A stretch of 64,000 bases of DNA from Candidatus Micrarchaeia archaeon (GTDB lineage Archaea; Micrarchaeota; Micrarchaeia; Anstonellales; Bilamarchaeaceae): contig JAXLQI010000002.1 in NCBI GenBank assembly GCA_046331685.1, positions 34,630 through 98,629 of the forward strand. The letters run 5' to 3'. The first letter of the stretch is position 1. Each line of letters starts with the position of its first letter. Under the pieces are notes generated by a model, which ran no database searches, had not been told where the DNA came from, and saw only the letters and a list, made by a program, of their open reading frames with translations. The position numbers and the translations under genes are program-made. Shown piece by piece: positions 27,658-36,310 of this stretch.

Positions 27658-28851
27658 TTATCCGGGTTTCTTAAAAACTATCTCTATCACATTGCGATGA
27701 TGCAGGGGGTGGTCCTTCCCCACCGCCTGTTTTGTCTTATAATCGATCGCCTTGATGAAACCCCTTCCGATGTCGCTGTGGAGCTTGAATGCAAAATCGA
27801 GCGCCGTGGTCCCGGAGGGCATAAGGAAGCAATCCGGCAAGGTGCGCCCCTGCGCATCGACAAGGTCCCCTCCCCCGGGAAATATGGCGATGTAGTGAAG
27901 GAAATCGAAAACGGCTGTGTTCAGGCACTTCTGAATCCCCGTGCCATCATACTTATTGCAGACCGCTCTCATTATCTCCAACGCTCCTTTCTGCGCGTCA
28001 TTGAGCTCTCCTTTTATCCTGAACTCCTTGTCTCCAGGAATGTACTCGATCAAATTCGCCTTAGCCGCTCCCTTAAGCGTTATCTCGGCCTCAGCCGAGC
28101 AAGGGATGACTACGTATTCAGGGAACGTTTTTTTCAGTTTCTGGTAGTTGTCCCATCCGGTCGAAAGGTCGCATTTGTTGGCGGCGATTATGATCGGCTT
28201 CCCTATGTGCCTGATCTTCTTGCAAACAGCGAGCCGTTCATCCTCCCCCCACTGGTCTAGAGATTTTTCCTCAAGCTTGAGCTCTTTGAGGACTCTAGCA
28301 ATTATTGTCCTGTTCATTCCCAATCCGCTGAACTGATTTGTAACTATCTCTTCATTTTTTTTTGTGTTCAATTTCGCCTCGCGTGCAAGTTTGATCCAGT
28401 TATTGTCCAAAATGTCCTTTATCCAGAAATCGAGTTCCTGCTCCAGAAACCTCACATCGTTGCATGGGTCGTAGCTCCCTTTTGCGACCACCTCGCCTAC
28501 CTCGTTCGTGGAACCACTCGCATCCACCACGTGGACGAGCACGTCGGCTTGCCTGAGGTCATCGAGGAATTTGTTGCCGAGCCCCTTCCCTTCATGGGCG
28601 CCAGGCACAAGCCCGGCGACATCAAGGAGCTCCACAGGTGCGAAGCGCCTGTGGTTTACGCAGAACCCGCTCCGGGGATTGCACTGCTTGCCGAATTCCT
28701 TGTCCACGCATTCGACTTCGACATAAGCGACAGCCCTGTTCGGCTTGATCGTGGTGAACGGCCTCGGGGAGCGCTCGACCGGGACCGAGGTCGCGGCCAT
28801 GAAGAACGTGCTTTTCCCGACTGAAGGTTTGCCGACTATGCCTATCAACAT
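27658..28851 (-). CDS. ychF: YchF/Obg-family translation-associated GTPase/ATPase
   Basis: GKPSVGKST, PFTTI, DVAGLVPGA, ANKCD, C-terminal TGS. Confidence 0.95.
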   Translation of the reverse strand: MLIGIVGKPSVGKSTFFMAATSVPVERSPRPFTTIKPNRAVAYVEVECVDKEFGKQCNPRSGFCVNHRRFAPVELLDVAGLVPGAHEGKGLGNKFLDDLRQADVLVHVVDASGSTNEVGEVVAKGSYDPCNDVRFLEQELDFWIKDILDNNWIKLAREAKLNTKKNEEIVTNQFSGLGMNRTIIARVLKELKLEEKSLDQWGEDERLAVCKKIRHIGKPIIIAANKCDLSTGWDNYQKLKKTFPEYVVIPCSAEAEITLKGAAKANLIEYIPGDKEFRIKGELNDAQKGALEIMRAVCNKYDGTGIQKCLNTAVFDFLHYIAIFPGGGDLVDAQGRTLPDCFLMPSGTTALDFAFKLHSDIGRGFIKAIDYKTKQAVGKDHPLHHRNVIEIVFKKPG

Positions 28852-28933
28852 AAGAATCGTCTCCCACTTATCTGCAGGGCAGGTTTTTAACAACCTTTTG
28901 ACGATTAAAAGCCCGGGGAGACGTGATGGCAGG

Positions 28934-29512
28934 ATGAAGATACTCGTGAGGGGATATGAGCCTGCGGACTCGAGCGCCGCGGTCGCTGTCTACCGGAGCT
29001 CCCACGAATCCATGCGCAGGAGCAGGGGCGGGATGCATCCGGACGGATCAATCGATGCCATCCTCGGGAAGAGCGACAGTGAGCTCCTCCTTCTCCTCAC
29101 CGGCTCCTGCAGCCTATTCGTCGCCATCGTCGAAGAGACCGGACAGATGGTCGGCATAGGCGGTTTCACGATCACTCCCGCAGGCCGGCTCCTCGGCTCC
29201 ACACTCAGCCGTAACCTCTATGTCCGGGAGGATTTCCAGAAGGGCAGGGCCGGAGTCAACGTCGGGAAGATTCTGCGGAGCCGCATACTCGAGGAAGCGC
29301 GCAGGCAGGGGTTCCGCAAGATCTACGGGTTCTCGACACCCGAAGCGGTGGAATTCCACAGGAAGTTCGGCGCCGTCTTCTTCCCGTCATTCGACAAGAC
29401 GGTCGATTCGGTCAACGTCAGCTATTATGAGATAGAGCTCCGGAAAAGCCTCATGAACCGCCTGCGGGCCGAACCATACCTGATGAGGCTCGCCTCTTTC
29501 CTGCGACGCTGA
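28934..29512 (+). CDS. GNAT family N-acetyltransferase
   Basis: LYVREDFQKG..GK.L, AVEFHRKFG. Confidence 0.8.
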   Translation: MKILVRGYEPADSSAAVAVYRSSHESMRRSRGGMHPDGSIDAILGKSDSELLLLLTGSCSLFVAIVEETGQMVGIGGFTITPAGRLLGSTLSRNLYVREDFQKGRAGVNVGKILRSRILEEARRQGFRKIYGFSTPEAVEFHRKFGAVFFPSFDKTVDSVNVSYYEIELRKSLMNRLRAEPYLMRLASFLRR

Positions 29513-29598
29513 GCGCCCTCATCCGGGACGGGCCCGCCGATATCTTTTTTATATCCGCCGAGGCAAATATATCACACCGACAATACCGCGGTCCTGAT

Positions 29599-30480
29599 AT
29601 GACGAACCACGCATACGACCTTTTCAGCACCTCATCGATGCCCCATACGCGGAAACTGATCATAAACGCCGCGCTGACCGGCAACCTGCACCAGCGATCC
29701 GACAATCCTGCGGTCCCTTACCTCCCGGAAGAGATCGTCGATGACGCCCGCCGGTGCTACCTCGCCGGCGCGAGCATGTTCCACATCCATGCCCGGGACG
29801 GTACCGGCAAGCCCTCCTGCCAGAAGGAGCACTATGCCGAGATCGTGGCCGGGATCCGGAAGAGATGCCCGGATTCGATCGTCTGCCTGACGACGAGCGG
29901 AAGGGTGTTCAAGACCTTCGAGCAGCGCACCGCCGTCCTCAGCCTGGAAGGCGAGCTGAAACCGGATTTCGCGAGCCTCAGCCTCGGCTCCATGAATTTC
30001 CCGAATACCGAGAGCGTCAATTCGCCCCAGATGATCGAGAAGCTAGCCGTCATGATGGACAGGCGCGGGATCAGGCCGGAGCTCGAGGTCTTCGAGACGG
30101 GAATGATCAATTACGGAAGGTTCCTCCTCAAGAAAGGCATCCTGAAGGCGCCATTGTTCTTCAACCTGTTCCACGGGATACTCGGCACCATGCCGGGCAG
30201 GATGGTCGATCTATGCCATATGGCCGGGGCCCTGCCGGACGGCTCCGAATGGGGGGCCGCAGGAGGAGGTCGGTTCCAGCTCCCCATCAACGTATCAGCC
30301 ATGCTGATGGGCGGGCATGTGCGTACCGGCATCGAGGACAACATCTGGATGGACCATGACAAGAAAACCCCAGCCACGAACGAGCTCCTTGTGAAGCGGA
30401 TAGCCCGGATAGCGACGGAGATCGGCCGGCCGGTCGCATCCCCCAAAGAGGCCCGCGAGATCCTCGGTCTGAAAAAATGA
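29599..30480 (+). CDS. Beta-keto acid cleavage enzyme (BKACE/Kce, DUF849)
   Basis: AALTG, GASMFHIHAR, GSMNF, ELEVFE, GGHVRTGIEDN. Confidence 0.95.
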   Translation: MTNHAYDLFSTSSMPHTRKLIINAALTGNLHQRSDNPAVPYLPEEIVDDARRCYLAGASMFHIHARDGTGKPSCQKEHYAEIVAGIRKRCPDSIVCLTTSGRVFKTFEQRTAVLSLEGELKPDFASLSLGSMNFPNTESVNSPQMIEKLAVMMDRRGIRPELEVFETGMINYGRFLLKKGILKAPLFFNLFHGILGTMPGRMVDLCHMAGALPDGSEWGAAGGGRFQLPINVSAMLMGGHVRTGIEDNIWMDHDKKTPATNELLVKRIARIATEIGRPVASPKEAREILGLKK

Positions 30481-31730
30481 ACCTCGAGAAGTGGACGATC
30501 GTGCGGGACATCTTCGCGATCAAGCGCGAGGAGTGGCTTGACCGGGATTCACTGGAAGCGCTCCAGGAGCGCCGCCTCACCCGGGTTGTCCGTGCGGCAC
30601 GCGATACGCCCCACTACGGCAGGATCCTCCCCCCGGATATCTCCGATCTCGATTCCCTGGCGCGTCTCGCGCCCACAAGCAAGGAAGATGTGAGGCGCGA
30701 CCCGTTCTCTTTCGTACGGAAACAAGCCGCCGGCCGGCTCCAGGTATTCAACACATCCGGGTCCACCGGGAAGCCCATGCCCGTGTACATGGACCAGGGA
30801 GCCATCTTCTATTCCGGGGCGGTGAAATACGCGATGGTCACCGATTTCGGCCTGTCCCCGCTGGACCACCTCGCCGAGGTATCGATATGGACCAAGACCG
30901 CGCGGCCCGGCCGCATGGGCATTTTCAGGAGGCTCCAGCTCCCGGTGTCCGACAGCGAGGAGGCGAATCTCGGCCGCATGGCCACGCATCATGTGAATGT
31001 CTTCAGCGCGTACCCCACGATCGCCCAGCTGCTCGCCGGGCTGAACTCGGAGCGCCGGACGCCTTTGCGGATGAAATCCGTCTATTGCGGAGGCGAGGTC
31101 CTGAGGAGCAGGACTCGCGAATCCATCGAATCCTCCTTCTCCGCAGAAGTCTTCCAGCGATACGGGAACACGGAGTTCGGTTTCGTGGCATGGGAATGCC
31201 CGCAGGAGCACCGGCTCCATGTCTGCAGCAGCTCGGTGATACTGGAGATCCTCGACGCGAAAGGGAAGCCCAGGAAGAGCGGGGAAGGGGAGGTCGCCCT
31301 CACCACCCTCCATAACCTTGCCATGCCGCTCATCAGGTTCAGGATCGGTGACCTCGCCAGCTGGGGGAAGGAATGCCCTTGCGGCAGGGGGTGGCCGGTG
31401 CTCGGCTCCATCGCAGGAAGGAGCGGAGAGACGGTGAGGCTACCCAGCGGGAGGATCCGTCCGACTTTCGCCTTCAATGTGCTCTATGATTCAGAATTCC
31501 GCTTCGACGGCATCTCCCAGTTCCAGATAGTCCAGGAATCTCCCGAGGTCTTCGTGTTCAGATATATCCCTTCCGATGGCGGGCCGACCAGGGAAGTCCT
31601 TTCCGAGATCGAAAAAAGGATCAGGCGGGCTTGCCTAGGCGAGGATATCGAGGTCGGTTTCCAGGAGACCGACTCGATCAGCAAGAGCCCTTCAGGGAAG
31701 ACGACACACATGATCCCCTACCGGGGCTAA
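30477..31730 (+). CDS. Phenylacetate-CoA ligase/CapK family adenylating enzyme
   Basis: TSGSTGKP, YGNTE, MPLIRFRIGD, CPCGR, SGK. Confidence 0.92.
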   Translation: MNLEKWTIVRDIFAIKREEWLDRDSLEALQERRLTRVVRAARDTPHYGRILPPDISDLDSLARLAPTSKEDVRRDPFSFVRKQAAGRLQVFNTSGSTGKPMPVYMDQGAIFYSGAVKYAMVTDFGLSPLDHLAEVSIWTKTARPGRMGIFRRLQLPVSDSEEANLGRMATHHVNVFSAYPTIAQLLAGLNSERRTPLRMKSVYCGGEVLRSRTRESIESSFSAEVFQRYGNTEFGFVAWECPQEHRLHVCSSSVILEILDAKGKPRKSGEGEVALTTLHNLAMPLIRFRIGDLASWGKECPCGRGWPVLGSIAGRSGETVRLPSGRIRPTFAFNVLYDSEFRFDGISQFQIVQESPEVFVFRYIPSDGGPTREVLSEIEKRIRRACLGEDIEVGFQETDSISKSPSGKTTHMIPYRG

Positions 31731-32866
31731 TTCCCTTTCCTGAGCACGACGACGCTCTCGCGGGTCCTCACTTTCTGGGGGCGGACATCCGCGATCCGTT
31801 CCGCGCCCACGAGGATCTCGGCATCCGAGAAGCCGAGCCGCAGGCCCATCTCCGCGAAAATCTCATCGACAAGCACATGGGTCTGGTGGATCACAGAATT
31901 GGAGACCGTTATGTGCGCCGTCCCCCCCGGGGCGAGGACCCGGTGCATCTCGGCTATAGCCGCTTCCATATCCCGGAAGTATGTGGCGATTATCGGTATC
32001 TTGTACCCCACATCGCCTACTTCCGGGGGCATCTGCTGGACCTCCATCCTCTTGCCGATGAAGGACCGGACCGACCGCATCCTCACTTCCTCTGCGGCGG
32101 CTTTGCTCATCTGGAGCAGGCTCAGCTCCAACCCGTAAATCTTCGAGTAATCTATGTTGTTCAGATAAGGCGGCGATGTGACGACGAGGTCGACGCTTCC
32201 GCTGTCGATCTCCAGCGAACGCGCATCCCCGAGGTACACCTTCGGGGCGTGTCCCTGGGGCGCGGAGCCGAGCTCGCGCACCATCCTCTTGACCTTCCTC
32301 CTGAAGATCTCGCGGGCCGGAAGCGCCCTCTTCCCCTTCATTATCTTGAGGACCCCGCCATCCTTGAGGACGAGGCTCGCCTGGGGGATCACGGACAGCA
32401 GAGCGAGCAGGAGGATGTTGCGCACGCGGCCCTCCTCGTTCTCGATCGCCTGCCTTAGGGCGAGGATCTCGCCGTAATTACGCTTCGGGAACGCGGCGCG
32501 GGCGCTGAAGAGCTCGAACTCCCAAACCGCCTCAGGGGCAGGTTCTAGCCTCCTCTCCAGGAACTCCAGGGCGGCTTCGAGATCGGCCTTCTCATAATCG
32601 TCGGTCTTAACCCTAGATACGAAGACAGCGAGCTCGGACGCATCCACGCCGGCGGATTCGATCCCTGCCGCCTTGCACGCAAGGAGGCTTGTCCCCACCC
32701 CGCAGAACGGGTCGAGGACCGTCCGCGGAGCCGTCTCCTTTATCGCGAAATCGACGAGCTCAGGGGCGAAACCCTCCTTGTACCAGAACCATCCGTGGAC
32801 CGGCTTCTCCTTGCTCAGGTCGAACGTCATCCACGGGCCGAGCTCAGGCCTGTTCTGGATATTCAT
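31727..32866 (-). CDS. Orphan N4/N6 DNA methyltransferase
   Basis: HGWFWYKEGF, DPFCGVGT, VTSPPYLNNIDY. Confidence 0.9.
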   Translation of the reverse strand: MNIQNRPELGPWMTFDLSKEKPVHGWFWYKEGFAPELVDFAIKETAPRTVLDPFCGVGTSLLACKAAGIESAGVDASELAVFVSRVKTDDYEKADLEAALEFLERRLEPAPEAVWEFELFSARAAFPKRNYGEILALRQAIENEEGRVRNILLLALLSVIPQASLVLKDGGVLKIMKGKRALPAREIFRRKVKRMVRELGSAPQGHAPKVYLGDARSLEIDSGSVDLVVTSPPYLNNIDYSKIYGLELSLLQMSKAAAEEVRMRSVRSFIGKRMEVQQMPPEVGDVGYKIPIIATYFRDMEAAIAEMHRVLAPGGTAHITVSNSVIHQTHVLVDEIFAEMGLRLGFSDAEILVGAERIADVRPQKVRTRESVVVLRKGN

Positions 32867-33300
32867 CTGTTCCCACCGCTCGCCGGCGAGGCTTCCCGCT
32901 CGCGCCGCCTCCCTATCTCCGCCCCTTCCTTGGATAATGTATCCGCGGCTGAATTCTTCTCCCTCGGGATGTGCTCGAACGAGACCTTGATCCCCGAGCA
33001 CAGCCGTTCCACGTCCTTCTTGAGCGGGACGAGCTTCGGATCCTTCACGCGATACTCGTTGTTGAGCTGCCGCACCACAAGCTCGCTGTCGCTCTTGATG
33101 TGCACCTCCATCTCCCCGATGCTCCGTGCGGTCTCGAGCGCCTTGATTATCGCTGTGTACTCGGCTATGTTATTGGTGCCGCTCCCGATATACTCGCTCA
33201 GCTCCTCTATCACCAGCCCGTCCCGGTAGATGACTATCCCGATACCCATCGGACCTGGATTACCGAGCGAAGCCCCGTCAGTGAATGCTATGATCATCAT
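32863..33300 (-). CDS. rnhA: Ribonuclease HI
   Basis: TDGASLGNPG, TNNIAEY, DSELVVRQ, HIPREKN..AD. Confidence 0.95.
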   Translation of the reverse strand: MMIIAFTDGASLGNPGPMGIGIVIYRDGLVIEELSEYIGSGTNNIAEYTAIIKALETARSIGEMEVHIKSDSELVVRQLNNEYRVKDPKLVPLKKDVERLCSGIKVSFEHIPREKNSAADTLSKEGAEIGRRREREASPASGGNR

Positions 33301-33347
33301 TAGCCCTTGGCTTATGTTTTTTATATACTTTGGCACTGCATCAATCC

Positions 33348-33782
33348 ATGAACTACTCTTTCCACCCTTCCCCCATCGTGGCGATCGTCCAGTCGGTCAT
33401 AGTGGCGGGAGGGGTGGCAGCGGCGGCATACCTGATCAGGGACTTCCTCGGGGATATCCTCATGCCGCTCATAGTGCTGATGGCATCGCTTTGCCTCATT
33501 AAAATCCTGCTTTCGTTCATCTCGTCGCAGACATACACGATAACCCTGGACGAAAGCTCGATAACATACACCCACGGGATACTGTCCAGGAAGCAGTTCG
33601 TCGTCCCGTTTTCCAAGGTGACCGAGTCCAGCTTCGACCAGAGCCTGGTCCAGCGGTTCTTCGGCCTCGGCACGCTCTTCGCGGACACCCCCGGGGGATC
33701 GGAATCAGCCATCCGCCTCCAGGATGCGAGGATGAGCGACATCGAGCTGACCCTGGCCAAGATCAAGGCGAAAAACAAGTGA
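33348..33782 (+). CDS. bPH_2 (DUF304) membrane protein
   Basis: Two TMs, GILSRK, QSLVQRFFGLGTL. Confidence 0.85.
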   Translation: MNYSFHPSPIVAIVQSVIVAGGVAAAAYLIRDFLGDILMPLIVLMASLCLIKILLSFISSQTYTITLDESSITYTHGILSRKQFVVPFSKVTESSFDQSLVQRFFGLGTLFADTPGGSESAIRLQDARMSDIELTLAKIKAKNK

Positions 33783-33786
33783 GCGC

Positions 33787-34284
33787 ATGGCTGACATCGA
33801 ATATGCCGAAGGATACGTTGTTATACGGTCCAGGCCGCTGATCCTGAAGCTCCGGAGCCTGGGGGCGGGAGTGGAGGAAGCAGATGATACCAAGATCACC
33901 CTCATCGAAGCGGCATATTTCGCCGAGCGGAAGGTGCTTCCCGCCGACCATGCGGAGCTGATCCGGAAAGCAGCGGAAAGCGATCCGCTCGCGAGGGAGA
34001 AATACAGCGTCCTCAAATATCTCCGCGACCGCGGATACATCGTCCGGCCCAGCCTGGACGGGAGCGGTTATCTCCGGCTCCACCGGAAAGGATACCGCCC
34101 CGGAGAGGACAAGACCTACTACCTGATCGAAGTCGTCGGAAGCGGATGGAAGGCGAGTTTGGAGAGCCTGCTGCCAGGGCTCGAGACCGCCGGAAAGCTC
34201 CGCAAAGAGCTCGCTGTCGCGGTGGTCGGAGAAGGGGAAGAGCGGCCCCTGTTCATCAAATTCGGGAAGATGAATTTCGAGTGA
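33787..34284 (+). CDS. endA: tRNA splicing endonuclease subunit, probably structural (beta)
   Basis: LIEAAY, YLRDRGYIVR, KLRKELAVAVV; catalytic Tyr/His apparently absent. Confidence 0.8.
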   Translation: MADIEYAEGYVVIRSRPLILKLRSLGAGVEEADDTKITLIEAAYFAERKVLPADHAELIRKAAESDPLAREKYSVLKYLRDRGYIVRPSLDGSGYLRLHRKGYRPGEDKTYYLIEVVGSGWKASLESLLPGLETAGKLRKELAVAVVGEGEERPLFIKFGKMNFE

Positions 34285-34363
34285 ATTCCGGCGCAGGCCT
34301 TCCGCTCCACATTGATTATAAACTCTTCTGCGGAACAATTGTCATAATTCTTGGTGATTAGTA

Positions 34364-35164
34364 ATGGACAGGTCATATATCATTGAAGCCCAGATGAAAG
34401 AAGGCGCAGCCGAGAAACCGGTGATCGCGGTGGTGTTCATGAACACAGAGCCCGGAAAGGGATTGCTCGGCGATCTGGGGCTGCACTCGGTGTCAGCGGT
34501 CACCGAAGTCAGGCCCGAGTCCAGGCAGCCGACCGAACCGACGATGTATGCATATGATCGCACCAGTTCCCCGGGCTGCGTGCTTGTCACGAGATTCGAC
34601 TGGCAGGGCAAGGTCATCAACACGGCCCGCATCCACGGCGAGCCCCACTCCCTCATCCCCCCGGTCAGCGGGCAGGCGGCCGAGGATCTGCTCTATCTTC
34701 CCCAGGCATACGTGATCTCCGCATGCGTGAGGGATGGCCCGAGCCTGGATCCTGTCGTGGGGGTCCTATTCATCAAGCCGGCATACGGGGAGAAGACGCT
34801 GGCGCCGGACAAGAAATCGCTCTCAAGGATGGGCCTCGTCAATATCCAGAGCGTCGAACGGGTCGCTGTGGATTCGACCATCACCGGGACCGCGCTCTAC
34901 GTATTCGACCGGACGCCGTCAGCCTCAGAAGTCAGGGTATCGAGCCTGAATAACGACGGTACGATAGGTTCGACACGGGTGATCGAAGGACAACCCCATT
35001 CGATCATACCCCAGATAAAAGGGACCGCCGCCGACCGGTTCGTGAATCCGCGGAACGGCCTCGGAAAAAGCGATTTCCCTGCCAAGCCCGCATCCATCCC
35101 CCCGTCTTCACGCGATTCCAGGATCCCGCCAAGCCAGTTGCCATCCGGCTCGCGCAGGGCATGA
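34364..35164 (+). CDS. Hypothetical protein with internal duplication
   Basis: Two ~105-aa repeats (Y.FDRT...G.PHS.IP..G.AA). Confidence 0.75.
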   Translation: MDRSYIIEAQMKEGAAEKPVIAVVFMNTEPGKGLLGDLGLHSVSAVTEVRPESRQPTEPTMYAYDRTSSPGCVLVTRFDWQGKVINTARIHGEPHSLIPPVSGQAAEDLLYLPQAYVISACVRDGPSLDPVVGVLFIKPAYGEKTLAPDKKSLSRMGLVNIQSVERVAVDSTITGTALYVFDRTPSASEVRVSSLNNDGTIGSTRVIEGQPHSIIPQIKGTAADRFVNPRNGLGKSDFPAKPASIPPSSRDSRIPPSQLPSGSRRA

Positions 35165-36259
35165 TCACTCGATGAAATCGGCCGGGTTGTAGTAAATCCT
35201 CCGGTCCCCGTCTTCCCTATAAACCGAAAAATGGACATGGGGGACCCTGGTGTTCCCGGTCTCCCCGACCAGGCCGATGCGTGCCCCCCGCTCCACGCGC
35301 TGGTTCGGCGCCACGTCTATCTGCTGGAGGTGCGAGAGGAGGAACGTCACTCCATCGTCAGTCACAAGGTAAATCACATAACCCCCCCTCGCGCTCGTCT
35401 GCGGCGTGTCTATCCTGGCTACGGTGCCCGAAAGCGGGGCCACGACCTCCGCGCCTTCCCTCGCGAAGATGTCTATAGCCCTGTGAAGTGTGCCGCTCCT
35501 CCATGAATGCGTGCCGTACGACCCTCTGGCATACCCCACCTGGACGTGGCCGCCATCGGCATAGAAATCCCTCTCCCTCGTTATCCTCCTATTCGCCTCG
35601 GGGACAGGGAAAGTGAACCTCGGGATATCCGTCCTCGAAGGCGGAGCCACCTCCCTCCTGACCGGGATCGCCCTCCCCAGGAAATCCCTCACCATCGAAT
35701 CCAGGTCCCTGTTGTCTATGCCGGCGCCGAAGGCGAGGATAGCGAAAAGCATGCTGCGGTTGACAAGCTGCCCGATCTCAAGGTCCCGGTTCCGGAAGTC
35801 ATGGTACCCATGGCCGATCAGGAAAGCGCCTAGATAGGATGGGCTCGAATAGCCCGAAGCGCGCACGACCATGCCTGAAGCCTCATCATACCCCCGGCCC
35901 TCCCTTATCAGAGGGTACACAGCGGCCCGCAGGCGCATCAGGACTCCGGACGCCTCCCCCGGGTGCGTCCTCTGCTCGTCATAGAGGTAACTGAAAAGCG
36001 AGTGGACGGTCTGCCGGTCGAGCCGTCCGTTCTCCCGGAGGGGTCCGGCGTCCGGACCGCGGTATCCCCGTGAGCTCAGGAACTCCTGCAGCTGCAGGAC
36101 CGAACCCACGCCCAGATGATCCCCCACCGCCGAGATCACGGCTCCTTCTGCCCGGCCCAGGCTGCGCGGGAGCCCGTGCTCGATGAAATAGGATTCCAGG
36201 GCGTTTCCATATGCGAGGAGGCCGGCCCTGCGGTCGACCTCCTGCTTCATCTGTCTCAT
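35165..36259 (-). CDS. M23 metallopeptidase with PG-binding-like module
   Basis: HRAID, HLQ, GETGN..PHVHF; VLQLQEFL..RGY...NGRLD..T; start 36259 or 36274. Confidence 0.88.
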   Translation of the reverse strand: MRQMKQEVDRRAGLLAYGNALESYFIEHGLPRSLGRAEGAVISAVGDHLGVGSVLQLQEFLSSRGYRGPDAGPLRENGRLDRQTVHSLFSYLYDEQRTHPGEASGVLMRLRAAVYPLIREGRGYDEASGMVVRASGYSSPSYLGAFLIGHGYHDFRNRDLEIGQLVNRSMLFAILAFGAGIDNRDLDSMVRDFLGRAIPVRREVAPPSRTDIPRFTFPVPEANRRITRERDFYADGGHVQVGYARGSYGTHSWRSGTLHRAIDIFAREGAEVVAPLSGTVARIDTPQTSARGGYVIYLVTDDGVTFLLSHLQQIDVAPNQRVERGARIGLVGETGNTRVPHVHFSVYREDGDRRIYYNPADFIE

Positions 36260-36310
36260 CAACAGGACTATCATCGGTATTTTTTTTAAGTGGCGCTGTG
36301 TAGCACCTGC

